A DNA stretch of 64,000 nt from Candidatus Binatia bacterium (GTDB lineage: Bacteria; Desulfobacterota; Binatia; UBA12015): positions 39,981 through 103,980 of the forward strand of contig CBFHUR010000003.1 of assembly GCA_965658895.1 (NCBI GenBank), read 5' to 3'. Under the pieces are notes generated by a model, which saw only the letters and a program-made list of their open reading frames with translations, had not been told where the DNA came from and made no database searches. The translations under genes and the position numbers were made by a program. This document shows positions 26,950 to 37,039 of the stretch, piece after piece. The stretch's first letter is position 1. Each line of letters begins with the position of its first letter.

Positions 26950-28599
26950 TCAGACTTCAATCAGACGTTCGTGGGCGCGTACCATTTTGGCGCGGATCGG
27001 GAGTTCATGGGGACAGCTGCCCAGGCAAGGTGCCGGACAGCTCGCGCAGCTGGAAGCATCGAGTCCCGCCGCGACCAGACGAGCGTATTTCTCCCGGCCT
27101 CGAGCTGCATCGCCATAATCCGCCAGATACATATCGTAGCGTAGAATCGTATCGATCGGTCGCCCCTCGGGGCACGATCCCAGACAATCTCCGCAATGCG
27201 GACGGCAGTAGTCGGCCGAGACCAGTCGGTCGTATTTTTCGAGCCTGGCAATGTCGCCCGGCCGCGTGGACTGGCCCGACGCGTAGAGATATTCATCACA
27301 ATGCTGGTCCTCGGAAAACGAGACCACCAGACAGGAAACCGACGGGTTATCGAGGACCCAGCGGAAGGCCGATTGCGGGAAGGATTTCGACTCGTTTTCA
27401 AAGCCCGCCAGATTGGTGGCCTTGGCACCTTTGAGAGTCTTCATGGCGACCACACCGATGTCCCGCTCATGGGCTTGATCCATGACTTTTCCGATCTCCG
27501 GCCAAAGGCCCCAATGGTAGGCGAGCATCATCACATCGAAGCGATCGGAAGCGATCGCCGCTCGGGCAACTTCGGGGAGTGATGGTGTGTGGGAGCTGAA
27601 GCCGAGAAACCGCACCTTACCCTGCTCGCGCAAGCGGTCGAAGGCTTCGTGCGTTGTAGGTGCCATCAGGCGATCGACATTATCGCAAGCGTGGATGTGA
27701 ATCAGGTCGACATAGTCCGTTTGCAGGCGTTGCAGGCTGCCTTCCACGGCGGTCATGATCTCGGCAACTGAAGCGTTTGCGGGTAGATGTCCATCGGCGG
27801 TGCAGAATTTGGTCGCAAGGAACATATCCTCGCGGTTGCCGGTCTCCTGGATCGCCTCGCCCAGAATCCGTTCGGAACTCTCATGCGAATAATCCGGCGC
27901 GGTGTCGAAGTAATTCACACCGCGGCGAATGGCCTCGATCGCAACGCGTTTTCCATCCTGATCGCGAATGCGTCCCGACCCTAGCGAGATGTCGGATACC
28001 ATCGCGTCGGTCCGACCCAGGCGACGATAGTTCTTGACCCGAGCGCCTTTCCACTCGGGCCGTGCGGTTTCGGAAAGTGTCGGAACCGGAGCCCCGATTT
28101 CTCCGAGAACGGGAACCCATTGCGACTGCGGTGCGATGGTGCCGCCAACCCCCGCAGCCGTCGCCGCCACCGTGCTGGCGCCAACAGCGCCTGCGGTTTG
28201 GAGGAAGCTGCGCCGGTCGGGCTGGGGCGCTTGTCCCGCAGGGCTGGAAGTGGCTGCCGCGCTCGACGGGGATCTGACGGCCCCGGGCTTTGGGGCAGCC
28301 GTCCCGACGGGGGTTCGGAGCCAGGCGGTCAGGCCGCGGTCTCCGAGTCCATCCACCGTCCGCTGCACACGCAGGACGCCGGAAACGATAACGAGGAGCG
28401 CGAGAGCGATGAGCACTCCGATCTTTGGCAAGGCGGCGGCGCCAGCGCCGTTGACGCCCTCAAAAACCGGGTTGAGGCTCGGACCGACAACGAGGGCACC
28501 AAAAAGGGCCGTCGCTCCCAGCAACGTCAGTCGAAGCGTCCAGCTCGCCCGGAAGGTTTGCCGCATTTGGGATCCGTCGCGTTTATCGGAATCTTCCAT
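26950..28599 (-). CDS. Aldo/keto reductase with C-terminal Fe-S dicluster and N-terminal membrane/twin-arginine region
   Basis: YRRLGRT, GVNYFDTAPDY, LATK, SLQRLQTDYVD, GKVRFLGFSSH; CRPHCGDCLGSCP and CASCPAPCLGSCP. Confidence 0.85.
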   Translation of the reverse strand: MEDSDKRDGSQMRQTFRASWTLRLTLLGATALFGALVVGPSLNPVFEGVNGAGAAALPKIGVLIALALLVIVSGVLRVQRTVDGLGDRGLTAWLRTPVGTAAPKPGAVRSPSSAAATSSPAGQAPQPDRRSFLQTAGAVGASTVAATAAGVGGTIAPQSQWVPVLGEIGAPVPTLSETARPEWKGARVKNYRRLGRTDAMVSDISLGSGRIRDQDGKRVAIEAIRRGVNYFDTAPDYSHESSERILGEAIQETGNREDMFLATKFCTADGHLPANASVAEIMTAVEGSLQRLQTDYVDLIHIHACDNVDRLMAPTTHEAFDRLREQGKVRFLGFSSHTPSLPEVARAAIASDRFDVMMLAYHWGLWPEIGKVMDQAHERDIGVVAMKTLKGAKATNLAGFENESKSFPQSAFRWVLDNPSVSCLVVSFSEDQHCDEYLYASGQSTRPGDIARLEKYDRLVSADYCRPHCGDCLGSCPEGRPIDTILRYDMYLADYGDAARGREKYARLVAAGLDASSCASCPAPCLGSCPHELPIRAKMVRAHERLIEV

Positions 28600-28697
28600 A
28601 AAGCGAGATGGTACTCTGCCGCGGAGGAATGTGCGAGCACTTTCACGGACTCAGGTCCTGTCCAATCAGACCCTTGCGAGGTAGATGACGAGGGAAG

Positions 28698-29411
28698 ATG
28701 CCGAGAGAATCGAGCAGACAAAACCTTTTTTTTGCGACCTTGCTCTGCCTTGCGGGATGCTTTGCCGCTCGTCCGGGCGTCCCTCTCACGATTCCTGCCG
28801 ATGGTGTATTGGTGGAGGAATTCGGTCGGATGTCTGCCGGGGATGTGGTGGAGCGCACTTTCGTTCTGCTCAACGAGGGCTCGCAGCCACTCGGCCTCGA
28901 GCTGGAAGCGAGCAGTTGCGATTGCCTGGTTTCCCCCACGACCGGGGTGATCACCGCCGGCCAAACTCTTGCCGTGGAGATGCGCGTGGATACGCGCACC
29001 TTGCAGGGCCCCGTGGAAATGGTGGCCGCCTTCGCAACGACGGATCCCGACCGACGCACTTTGCAACTAATTCTTGCAGGCGAGGTAGTGCCCCCCGTGA
29101 CGGTCGAACCACCGGTCCTTTACTTTGGCCGGGTAAGGTCGGGGGGAGCGCATGTCCGGGAAATCGTCATCCAGCCGTCTCGCGCCGGAATTCGAATCCG
29201 TCGGGTCTTCACCGACGGTGGTGGGTTGGGTCTGCGCAAGGTCGGATCGATCGCCGGGACCGGGGGGGTGGCTCCGGGCCTTGTCCTGGAGGTCACGTTG
29301 CCGGGAAATTCGGGACCAGGTGGGTTCGAGGGCCGTCTGGTTGTCGAGACCACCGACGTCCGGATTCCGAAATATGCGATCCCTGTCCTCGCCATCGTCC
29401 TTCCCGAATAA
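28698..29411 (+). CDS. DUF1573-like Ig-fold lipoprotein
   Basis: Lipobox LAGC; F-x-L-x-N-x-G-x-x-PL...SSCDC pattern. Confidence 0.7.
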   Translation: MPRESSRQNLFFATLLCLAGCFAARPGVPLTIPADGVLVEEFGRMSAGDVVERTFVLLNEGSQPLGLELEASSCDCLVSPTTGVITAGQTLAVEMRVDTRTLQGPVEMVAAFATTDPDRRTLQLILAGEVVPPVTVEPPVLYFGRVRSGGAHVREIVIQPSRAGIRIRRVFTDGGGLGLRKVGSIAGTGGVAPGLVLEVTLPGNSGPGGFEGRLVVETTDVRIPKYAIPVLAIVLPE

Positions 29412-29455
29412 GGCGGATGGTTCGGTGACCGTGGGATGCTAGGGGACCCACAGGG

Positions 29456-32400
29456 ATGATCGATGACGAGCATTTTTCGGAGAGCGACCCCGCTCGGTCG
29501 CTTCTCGAAGTGGCGGAAGAACTCGCCACATCCCTCGACGGTCCTGTCGAGCTTCCCGTAGCTGGCCTGGCCGGACCTGCACGCGCGGCCTTGATCGCTC
29601 TTTTGGCCGAGCAGCGCCCGCGTCCGATGTTGGTTCTTGTGGCCGACGCGCGCGCGGCCGAGACACTGGCGCGGGATTTACGATTCTTTCTCGGCGAGGA
29701 GGATGCGGGGATCGCCTCTGCCGGTCGTGTCCACATTTTTCCGGCGTGGGATACCGCTCCCTTTGCCGGTCTTTCCCCCAGCCCTGAAACGATCGCTCAG
29801 CGAATCGAGGGCCTCCATCGGCTTGCGGCAACCGATGTGCCCATCGTGATTACGACACCCGAGGCGACCATGCAGACGGTACTGACGCCCGAGGCTCTCG
29901 AAAGTGCGGTGGAGCAATTGGTGGAGGGTGATGATGTTGATCTGATGAACCTCGGAGCGCGGCTGATCGATTGGGGCTATCGGCGGCGACCTCTGGTCGA
30001 GGATCGTGGTGAAATCGCGATTCGCGGCGGCTTGATCGATGTTTTTGTGACCGGTGCGACCGAGCCGATCCGGGTCGAATTGCTCGGCGATACAATCGAG
30101 TCGATCCGCAGCTTCGATCCCCGTTCGCAACGTCGGCTGGCTGACCACGAGGAGGCCTTGGTGCTCCCGGCCACGGAATTACCGATGCACCTGCGCGCCG
30201 ATTCTGCCCGACTGCGTCGCGTTGATGAGAGAGCGCGCGAGTTGGAGATTCCTCGAGCGGATCGTCTGGCGATGATCGAGAATTTGCGCGAGGGAGCAGA
30301 TTTCCCGGGCCTGGAATCGCTCGCGCCGTTGTTGGCCGAGCGGGTAGGGATTGCCGATTATCTGCCGGGCGACACGCTGGTCATCCTCGATGATCCGATC
30401 AGCCTTCGAGCTGCCGCGCAGGAGGTCTGGGAGTCCATCGAGGACCATGAGCAGCGAGCATTGGAGGAACGCCGCTTGCATCCCGAGGCAGCGCAGCTCT
30501 ATCGGGCCCCCGAGAGTCTCTTCGAGATGCTCGCGCCTTTTGCCTCCCTTGCGATCGAGGGGTTGGATGTTTCTCCGGTTGCCGCGCTGCGGCCACATGC
30601 AAAATTGCCCTTCGCGATCCGCGGCCGCCGTGTTTCGCACGAAGAGAGCGGTTTTTCTCTTCTGGTCGAAAGAATCCGGTCGTGGGAGGCACAAGGGGCT
30701 CGTGTGGCTTTGGTTGTCGGCAGTACGGTTCAGGCGGAACGGCTTCGACAAATTCTGGAGGCCGAAGATCTTGTCGTCGGCTTTGCTGCGGGCAGCTTGT
30801 CCGAGGAGCTCGAGGCCCGGGACGCTCCCGGGACGTTTATTATCGAAGGCGAGCTTTCGGAGTCGATAGAATTACCGGTCGACCGTCTGGTTTGTCTCTC
30901 CGAGACGAATCTCTTTGGCGAACATCGACGCAGTCGCCGAAAGAAACAGGTCGCGTTGACGCTCGATCAGGTCATGAAGTCGCTGGCTGAACTGAAGCCG
31001 GGGGACTTCATCGTGCATCTGGACAACGGGATCGGGCGCTACCACGGTCTGACCCATCTTCAGGTCGCGGGAAGCGAGGGGGATTTTCTCCATCTCGAAT
31101 ACCATGGCGGCGACAAGCTCTATCTGCCGGTCGATCGGGTCAATCTGGTTCAGAAATATGTCGGCGGAGATGGAGCGAACCCGGAGCTGGCGAAGCTTGG
31201 CTCGCCGGCTTGGGAGAAGGTCAAGGCAAAGACCAAAGAGTCGATTCTCTCGATGACACGCGAGCTTCTCGCGCTTTATTCCACCCGTCAGCGTGCGGTT
31301 GGCTATGCCTTTTCCACGGGGGATCCCTATTTTCAGGAATTCTCTGCGCGTTTTCCCTTTGACGAGACCCCGGATCAGGAGCGTGCGATCGACGAGGTTC
31401 TGGGTGATCTTGCCAGCACCCGGCCGATGGATCGCCTGGTTTGTGGCGACGTCGGATACGGGAAGACAGAAGTCGCCATGCGAGCCGCCTTTGCGGTGGC
31501 CATGGCTGGCAAGCAGGTTGCCGTTTTGGTGCCGACTACGGTCCTGGCGCAGCAACATACGGAATCCTTCCGGAAGCGGTTCGAGGGCTATCCTGTCGAG
31601 ATCGCTACAATGTCCAGCTTCCGAAGTCGCAAGGAAAATGCGGAAACCGTAGCCGCGATTCGGGCAGGTCGCATCGATGTGGTGGTAGGGACGCATCGCC
31701 TTCTCTCGGGCGATGTGGAGTTTGCCAATCTGGGCCTTCTGGTGGTCGATGAGGAGCACCGCTTCGGGGTGCGCGACAAGGAACGCATCAAGCAGATGCG
31801 ACAGTTGGTCGACGTCTTGACGATGACGGCAACGCCTATCCCTCGAACTCTGGAAATGTCTCTTTCGGGGATTCGGAACCTTTCGGTAATCGAGACGCCC
31901 CCCGTGGATCGGCAAGCGATCCGCACCTATGTGAGCCGCTCGGACGACCATGTCATCCGGGATGCGGTCCTGCGGGAATTGCACCGCGGCGGCCAGATAT
32001 TTTTTGTCCATAATCGGGTCCAGACCATTGAGGCCTTGCATGATCGCTTGCGCTCGATTGTGCCCGAGGCACGGATTCGTGTCGGGCATGGGCAGATGAA
32101 GACGCATGCATTGGAGCGGGTGATGCTGGGGTTCATGGAGCATGAATTCGATATCCTGCTCTGTACGGCAATTGTGGAGTCGGGCCTGGATATCCCGAAT
32201 GCCAACACGATTTTTATCGATCGGGCCGATACCTTCGGCTTGGCGCAATTGTACCAGCTGCGAGGGCGTGTGGGTCGGTCACCAGCGCGCGCTTATGCCT
32301 ACCTGCTGGTTCCGCCCGAGCGTATTCTCAGCCGTGACGCACAGAAGCGTTTGCAGGTTCTGCGGGAACTGGACGAACTGGGCGGTGGTTTCAAGATCGC

Positions 32401-33016
32401 GGCTCACGACCTCGAGATTCGTGGTGCCGGTAATCTGCTTGGCAAGCAGCAGAGTGGCCATATCACCGAAGTGGGCTTCGAGCTTTATACCAGCATGATG
32501 GAAGAGGCCGTTCGCGAGCTGCGCGGCGAAGTGGTGGAGGAAACCATCGAGCCGGAAATTCAGATTGGCGCGAGTGTCTATATCCCGGATTCCTATATGG
32601 AAGACGTGAACCAGCGTTTGGTATGGTACAAGCGGCTGGCGGCACTGCGGGAGAGCGGGGATCGTGCGTTGCTCGCAGAAGAACTGCAAGATCGGTATGG
32701 ACCTATACCCCCGATTGTGGAGTCATTGCTGGACGTCATGGAATTGCGCCGACGAATGAAGGATCTTGCTATCAGTGAGGCCCGCTTGCGCGGGGACGCT
32801 CTGTCTCTCCGGCTGCATGCGACATTCAGGATCGATCCGGATGCCTTGATCGACCTGGTTAAAAAAAGTGCCGGCGGGTGGGAAATCGCGCCGCCGGATA
32901 TGCTGCGCCATAAAGTCGAGGGACTTGCCTCGCCGGTGGCGGAGCTGGAGACCGCCTTGGTGCGTCTCGAAGCTCTGCCTCGTCATGCCGGCCCTGCTGG
33001 CGGAGACTCCGCATGA
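29456..33016 (+). CDS. mfd: Transcription-repair coupling factor
   Basis: RGGLIDVF, GDFIVH..GIGRY, ETPDQ, GDVGYGKT, DEEHRFG, TATPIPRT, QLRGRVGR, DLEIRGAGNLLG. Confidence 0.97.
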   Translation: MIDDEHFSESDPARSLLEVAEELATSLDGPVELPVAGLAGPARAALIALLAEQRPRPMLVLVADARAAETLARDLRFFLGEEDAGIASAGRVHIFPAWDTAPFAGLSPSPETIAQRIEGLHRLAATDVPIVITTPEATMQTVLTPEALESAVEQLVEGDDVDLMNLGARLIDWGYRRRPLVEDRGEIAIRGGLIDVFVTGATEPIRVELLGDTIESIRSFDPRSQRRLADHEEALVLPATELPMHLRADSARLRRVDERARELEIPRADRLAMIENLREGADFPGLESLAPLLAERVGIADYLPGDTLVILDDPISLRAAAQEVWESIEDHEQRALEERRLHPEAAQLYRAPESLFEMLAPFASLAIEGLDVSPVAALRPHAKLPFAIRGRRVSHEESGFSLLVERIRSWEAQGARVALVVGSTVQAERLRQILEAEDLVVGFAAGSLSEELEARDAPGTFIIEGELSESIELPVDRLVCLSETNLFGEHRRSRRKKQVALTLDQVMKSLAELKPGDFIVHLDNGIGRYHGLTHLQVAGSEGDFLHLEYHGGDKLYLPVDRVNLVQKYVGGDGANPELAKLGSPAWEKVKAKTKESILSMTRELLALYSTRQRAVGYAFSTGDPYFQEFSARFPFDETPDQERAIDEVLGDLASTRPMDRLVCGDVGYGKTEVAMRAAFAVAMAGKQVAVLVPTTVLAQQHTESFRKRFEGYPVEIATMSSFRSRKENAETVAAIRAGRIDVVVGTHRLLSGDVEFANLGLLVVDEEHRFGVRDKERIKQMRQLVDVLTMTATPIPRTLEMSLSGIRNLSVIETPPVDRQAIRTYVSRSDDHVIRDAVLRELHRGGQIFFVHNRVQTIEALHDRLRSIVPEARIRVGHGQMKTHALERVMLGFMEHEFDILLCTAIVESGLDIPNANTIFIDRADTFGLAQLYQLRGRVGRSPARAYAYLLVPPERILSRDAQKRLQVLRELDELGGGFKIAAHDLEIRGAGNLLGKQQSGHITEVGFELYTSMMEEAVRELRGEVVEETIEPEIQIGASVYIPDSYMEDVNQRLVWYKRLAALRESGDRALLAEELQDRYGPIPPIVESLLDVMELRRRMKDLAISEARLRGDALSLRLHATFRIDPDALIDLVKKSAGGWEIAPPDMLRHKVEGLASPVAELETALVRLEALPRHAGPAGGDSA

Positions 33017-34953
33017 GTGATCCCGCGTCTTCTGCGCCTCTCTCCGATGCGGATGGCTCGGGAGGAAGCCACCCGGATGGCCCTCTGGCCGCCATGTCGC
33101 TCGGCGCGCTTGGAGTGGTCTATGGGGATATCGGGACCTCACCGTTGTACGCTCTGCGCGAGTGCTTTCTCGGGCATTACGAAATCGCGATTGACGAAGC
33201 GAATGTCCTGGGCGTCCTCTCCCTGATGTTATGGTCGCTGGTTTGCGTGATCTCGGTCAAATACCTGACCTTCGTCATGCGTGCCGACAACCATGGTGAG
33301 GGAGGTGTGCTGGCGCTTCTGTCCCTGACGCGCGCCGGGGCAGCCGACCGGGCGGCCCCCCGTTCGCGGCGAGGCCTCTTGATGTTGGGCCTTTTTGGCG
33401 CGGCCCTTCTTTATGGTGAGGGGGTCATCACGCCAGCGATTTCGGTGTTGTCCGCGGTCGAAGGCCTCAGCATCGCGACACCGGCATTCGAGCCTTTTAT
33501 CATTCCGCTGACGGTGGGGATTCTGATCGGGCTGTTTTCGGTGCAGAGCCGAGGCACCGCCGGGATCGCGCGTGTTTTCGGTCCCATCATGCTCCTCTGG
33601 TTTCTGACACTTGGTGTCCTGGGCGCCATTCGGATCTTCGGGTCCGGCCCGGAGGGACTGAGTGTACTGGGTGCCATCAATCCGCTTTATGGCATCCGAT
33701 TTCTCTTCCAATCCGGCGGTGCCGGGTTTTTTGTTCTCGGCTCTGTGGTTCTGGTAATCACCGGTGGGGAAGCACTCTATGCCGATATGGGTCATTTCGG
33801 CCCCCGGCCGATTCGCGTGGCCTGGTATACCGTGGTGCTCCCCGGTCTCCTCCTGAACTATTTCGGGCAGGGTGTTCTCCTTTTGCAATACGGCGCCAGC
33901 CTCGAGAACCCGTTCTTTCAGATGGCACCGGATTGGGGGCTTTATCCGCTGGTCATTCTGGCGACGGCTGCGGCAATTATCGCTTCGCAGGCCCTGATCT
34001 CGGGGGCGTTCTCCCTTACGCAGGCCGCGGTCCAATTGGGCTATACGCCGCGGTTCGCCATCGTTCATACTTCGGGTGACGCCGAGGGGCAGATCTATAT
34101 TCCGCCGGTGAACCGTGCCCTGATGATCTTGTGCATCTGTTTGGTGATCGGGTTTGGCGAATCGAGCGAGTTGGCCGAGGCCTACGGCATGACGGTGATG
34201 GGGACCATGACGATCACGTCGATCATCTTCTATGCGGTCGCGCGCGAGAAATGGAAGTGGTCGCGATGGAAGGCCGGTGTTCCGGTGTCTTTGTTCCTGA
34301 TTTTCGACCTGACATTCCTCGGGGCCAATATCCTGAAGTTCTTTGAAGGAGGCTGGTTCCCTCTGGTGATCGGTGGAACGCTCTTTACGATCATGACGAC
34401 CTGGAAGCGAGGCCGCGACGAGGTGCGCCGGGTTCTCGGCAGTGAAGAATTACCCCTCGATTTATTTCTCGGGGATGTCGAAACCAGTCAGCCGCACCGT
34501 GTTCCCGGCACTGCTGTCGTCATGACATCAAACCCGAACGGAACTCCTGCGGTTCTTCTCCACCATCTCAAGCACAACAAGGTTCTTCACGAACGGGTTC
34601 TGTTGTTGTCGTTCATCCAGCGCCGTCGACCGGAAGTAACCGGCGAGGACAAGGTCGTGATCGAGGAGTTGAGTGAAGGTTTTGTTCGGGTCGTCTTCCA
34701 GCTCGGGTTTATGGAACAGCCGCGGATGGAGCGGGTCGCAGAATATTGCGCACGTCAGGGATGCGCGATCGATTTCGCCAACACCACATTCTTCCTGGGA
34801 CGACAGAGCTTGCTGGCGACGGGGCGGTCGGGCATGGCGAAGTGGCGCAAGAATCTGTTTGGCGTGCTGCTTCGCAATGCGCCCACGGCGACCGATTATT
34901 TCGGTCTTCCGCCCAACCGTGTCGTCGAACTGGGCGCTCAGGTCGAGATCTAG
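33013..34953 (+). CDS. kup: Potassium transporter Kup
   Basis: GVVYGDIGTSPLYA, ADNHGEGG, ITPAISVLSAVEG, EALYADMGHFG, GQIYIP. Confidence 0.96.
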   Translation: MSDPASSAPLSDADGSGGSHPDGPLAAMSLGALGVVYGDIGTSPLYALRECFLGHYEIAIDEANVLGVLSLMLWSLVCVISVKYLTFVMRADNHGEGGVLALLSLTRAGAADRAAPRSRRGLLMLGLFGAALLYGEGVITPAISVLSAVEGLSIATPAFEPFIIPLTVGILIGLFSVQSRGTAGIARVFGPIMLLWFLTLGVLGAIRIFGSGPEGLSVLGAINPLYGIRFLFQSGGAGFFVLGSVVLVITGGEALYADMGHFGPRPIRVAWYTVVLPGLLLNYFGQGVLLLQYGASLENPFFQMAPDWGLYPLVILATAAAIIASQALISGAFSLTQAAVQLGYTPRFAIVHTSGDAEGQIYIPPVNRALMILCICLVIGFGESSELAEAYGMTVMGTMTITSIIFYAVAREKWKWSRWKAGVPVSLFLIFDLTFLGANILKFFEGGWFPLVIGGTLFTIMTTWKRGRDEVRRVLGSEELPLDLFLGDVETSQPHRVPGTAVVMTSNPNGTPAVLLHHLKHNKVLHERVLLLSFIQRRRPEVTGEDKVVIEELSEGFVRVVFQLGFMEQPRMERVAEYCARQGCAIDFANTTFFLGRQSLLATGRSGMAKWRKNLFGVLLRNAPTATDYFGLPPNRVVELGAQVEI

Positions 34954-35825
34954 AGTTTTTCCGCCAGACGCTGGGCGCGTTCGGCCAGGGAACCGGCGCG
35001 CAGATTGTGGCAGAGCTTGGTGAATTCCGGCCGCGGGCCTTCCCACTTCCATTCTTGCGGCGACCGGCCGACGTCCGCAGACGTCCGCAGAGTTGCGAGG
35101 TCCTTGAAGAGGGCTGCGTCTTGTCGCCCCTCACGCAACGAGGTCGCCAGTCGCTCGGCCCCGCGAACCTTCACTTCCCAATGTTCCGGATCGTCCGGGA
35201 TCTCCTCGACCAGGATCCAGCGGGCGAGGATCGTTGCTGCGGATTTGGCACCCCATCCCCGGAGCCCCGGGAAGCCATCGGCGGTGTCCCCGACCAGCGC
35301 GAGATAGTCGGGGATCGAGGCCGGCAAGACTCCGAATTTATCCTGTACGCCTTGCTCATCGAGGATCAAATTTTTACGCCGATCGACCATGACCACGCGC
35401 TGGCCCTGAACACATTGGGCGAGATCCTTGTCGGGCGTCAGCAGCAGGATCTGCTCGACTTCCGGATCGGCCCACGCCAGGGCAGATGCGCTGGCAAGGC
35501 CGTCATCTGCCTCGAATTCCTTCATGCGCCATACCGTGACCCCGAGAGCTTCGAGAGCTTCCTCCATGGGGTGGAACTGGCCAAAGAGGTCGGGATCGAT
35601 ACCTTCGCCCGATTTGTAGCCGTCGTAGAGGTCGTTGCGGAAAGACTCGACGATATGGTCGGTAGCGACGCCGATGTGCGTGGCTCCATTTTCCAGCAAG
35701 GAGAGGATGGTTCCCAGGACGCCACGCAGGGCTCCTGCCTCGGTGCCTTTGGCGTCCAGGTGTGAGGGCACGGCAAAAAAGTACCGAAACAGCTCGTAGG
35801 TTCCGTCGACCAGATGGACTTTCAT
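34950..35825 (-). CDS. Standalone 5'-3' exonuclease / flap endonuclease (Pol I N-terminal-like)
   Basis: HLVDGT, SFRNDLYDGYK, EADD, TPDKDL, H3TH motif LVGDTADGFPGLRGWGAKSA. Confidence 0.92.
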   Translation of the reverse strand: MKVHLVDGTYELFRYFFAVPSHLDAKGTEAGALRGVLGTILSLLENGATHIGVATDHIVESFRNDLYDGYKSGEGIDPDLFGQFHPMEEALEALGVTVWRMKEFEADDGLASASALAWADPEVEQILLLTPDKDLAQCVQGQRVVMVDRRKNLILDEQGVQDKFGVLPASIPDYLALVGDTADGFPGLRGWGAKSAATILARWILVEEIPDDPEHWEVKVRGAERLATSLREGRQDAALFKDLATLRTSADVGRSPQEWKWEGPRPEFTKLCHNLRAGSLAERAQRLAEKL

Positions 35826-37039
35826 CAGCCCCAATTCCTTAGCACAACCCAGTAGATTCCGAGACCGGCAATCCCTGCCGAGCCAGCCTCGGCAAGCCAG
35901 CGGTACCACAACCCTTCGTGAACCTTCGCGAGGAGTCGCAGGAGCGGCCAGGCGATCAGGACGACGAGGAGTTGTCCCAACTCCACACCGATATTGAATC
36001 CGAAAAGAGCCGGGATCAGCCGGTGAGCCGGCAGATCGATCTCCATCAGAATGCCCGCAAAGCCGAATCCATGTGCGAGTCCGAAAGCGAAGGCAACCAG
36101 CGCCCGCAACCGCTCGGGGCGCGGATGAACGCGCAAGAGCTCAAAATGGCAGAACGAGAAGATGCCCAACCCGATCCAGGTCAGCGCCGTAAGTTGGCCG
36201 AAACCTGCGATTGCCGAGACCGCGCAGATCCCCAGCAGGCCCACCATGAAGGTCGGTATGGTTTTCCCCTGTCCACTCATCAGCCACGAGTTCTCGATGG
36301 CGACCAGCGCGATCGAGAACCCGATCAACACCTCGATCGAAATCGGCTCGGGCCGGTAGATTCCCAAAACGGCCAGACCGAGTGTGATGCTGTGGGCAAT
36401 CGTGAATGCGGTCACCAGGGTCAGAACTTCGCGCAGCGACGTCGCCAGCAGGAGCAGGGCGAGGACAAATGCCAGATGATCCCACCCTCCGAGAATATGC
36501 TCCATTCCGAGAACGGCGTAGCCGGGCACGGTGGTCGCGAGACTGTCTTCGGGGGACTCGCCCGGTGGCGTCTCCAGAGTCCATTGTGGTGTGCCGGCGA
36601 CCAGAACTCGTTCGCGGATTTCGCCATCGGGGTTGGCGACACGAGCGAAATGCAGATGGGAGCTCAGAACGTCGCCGAGGACATCACTACGCAGCGTCAG
36701 GGCCCCTTGCTCGGGACAGGTCACCTTCCAACGAAAGATGGCCCAACCGGTCGGTGCCTGAGCCTGCCGCACGGGTTCGGTGGCTGAGCAGGTTTCTGTC
36801 CCGGCGATCAGGCGAAGATTGTCCCGCAGATAAGCTGACCAATCATGACCTGCGGGGAACCGTGTGAGTTCCAGGAGCGGCAAGCGGACCTGTACGGTTG
36901 CTGTGCGGCTCTCGGCGTCCTGGAAATTCCAGCGGGAATACGAGGTGCTCTTGGTATGCGCATCCGCCGCCGCCGGCAGCAGGAAGCATAGGCTCAGAAA
37001 GGTAAGCAGAAGTGCGGATGCGCGACGCAGGGTCTTCAA
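35825..37039 (-). CDS. HupE/UreJ-family (HupE_UreJ_2) membrane protein with periplasmic N-terminal domain
   Basis: Signal peptide ending ADA-H; LGMEHILGGWDHLAF, TAFTIAHSITL, FGLAHGFGFA, FNIGVELGQ. Confidence 0.88.
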   Translation of the reverse strand: MKTLRRASALLLTFLSLCFLLPAAADAHTKSTSYSRWNFQDAESRTATVQVRLPLLELTRFPAGHDWSAYLRDNLRLIAGTETCSATEPVRQAQAPTGWAIFRWKVTCPEQGALTLRSDVLGDVLSSHLHFARVANPDGEIRERVLVAGTPQWTLETPPGESPEDSLATTVPGYAVLGMEHILGGWDHLAFVLALLLLATSLREVLTLVTAFTIAHSITLGLAVLGIYRPEPISIEVLIGFSIALVAIENSWLMSGQGKTIPTFMVGLLGICAVSAIAGFGQLTALTWIGLGIFSFCHFELLRVHPRPERLRALVAFAFGLAHGFGFAGILMEIDLPAHRLIPALFGFNIGVELGQLLVVLIAWPLLRLLAKVHEGLWYRWLAEAGSAGIAGLGIYWVVLRNWG

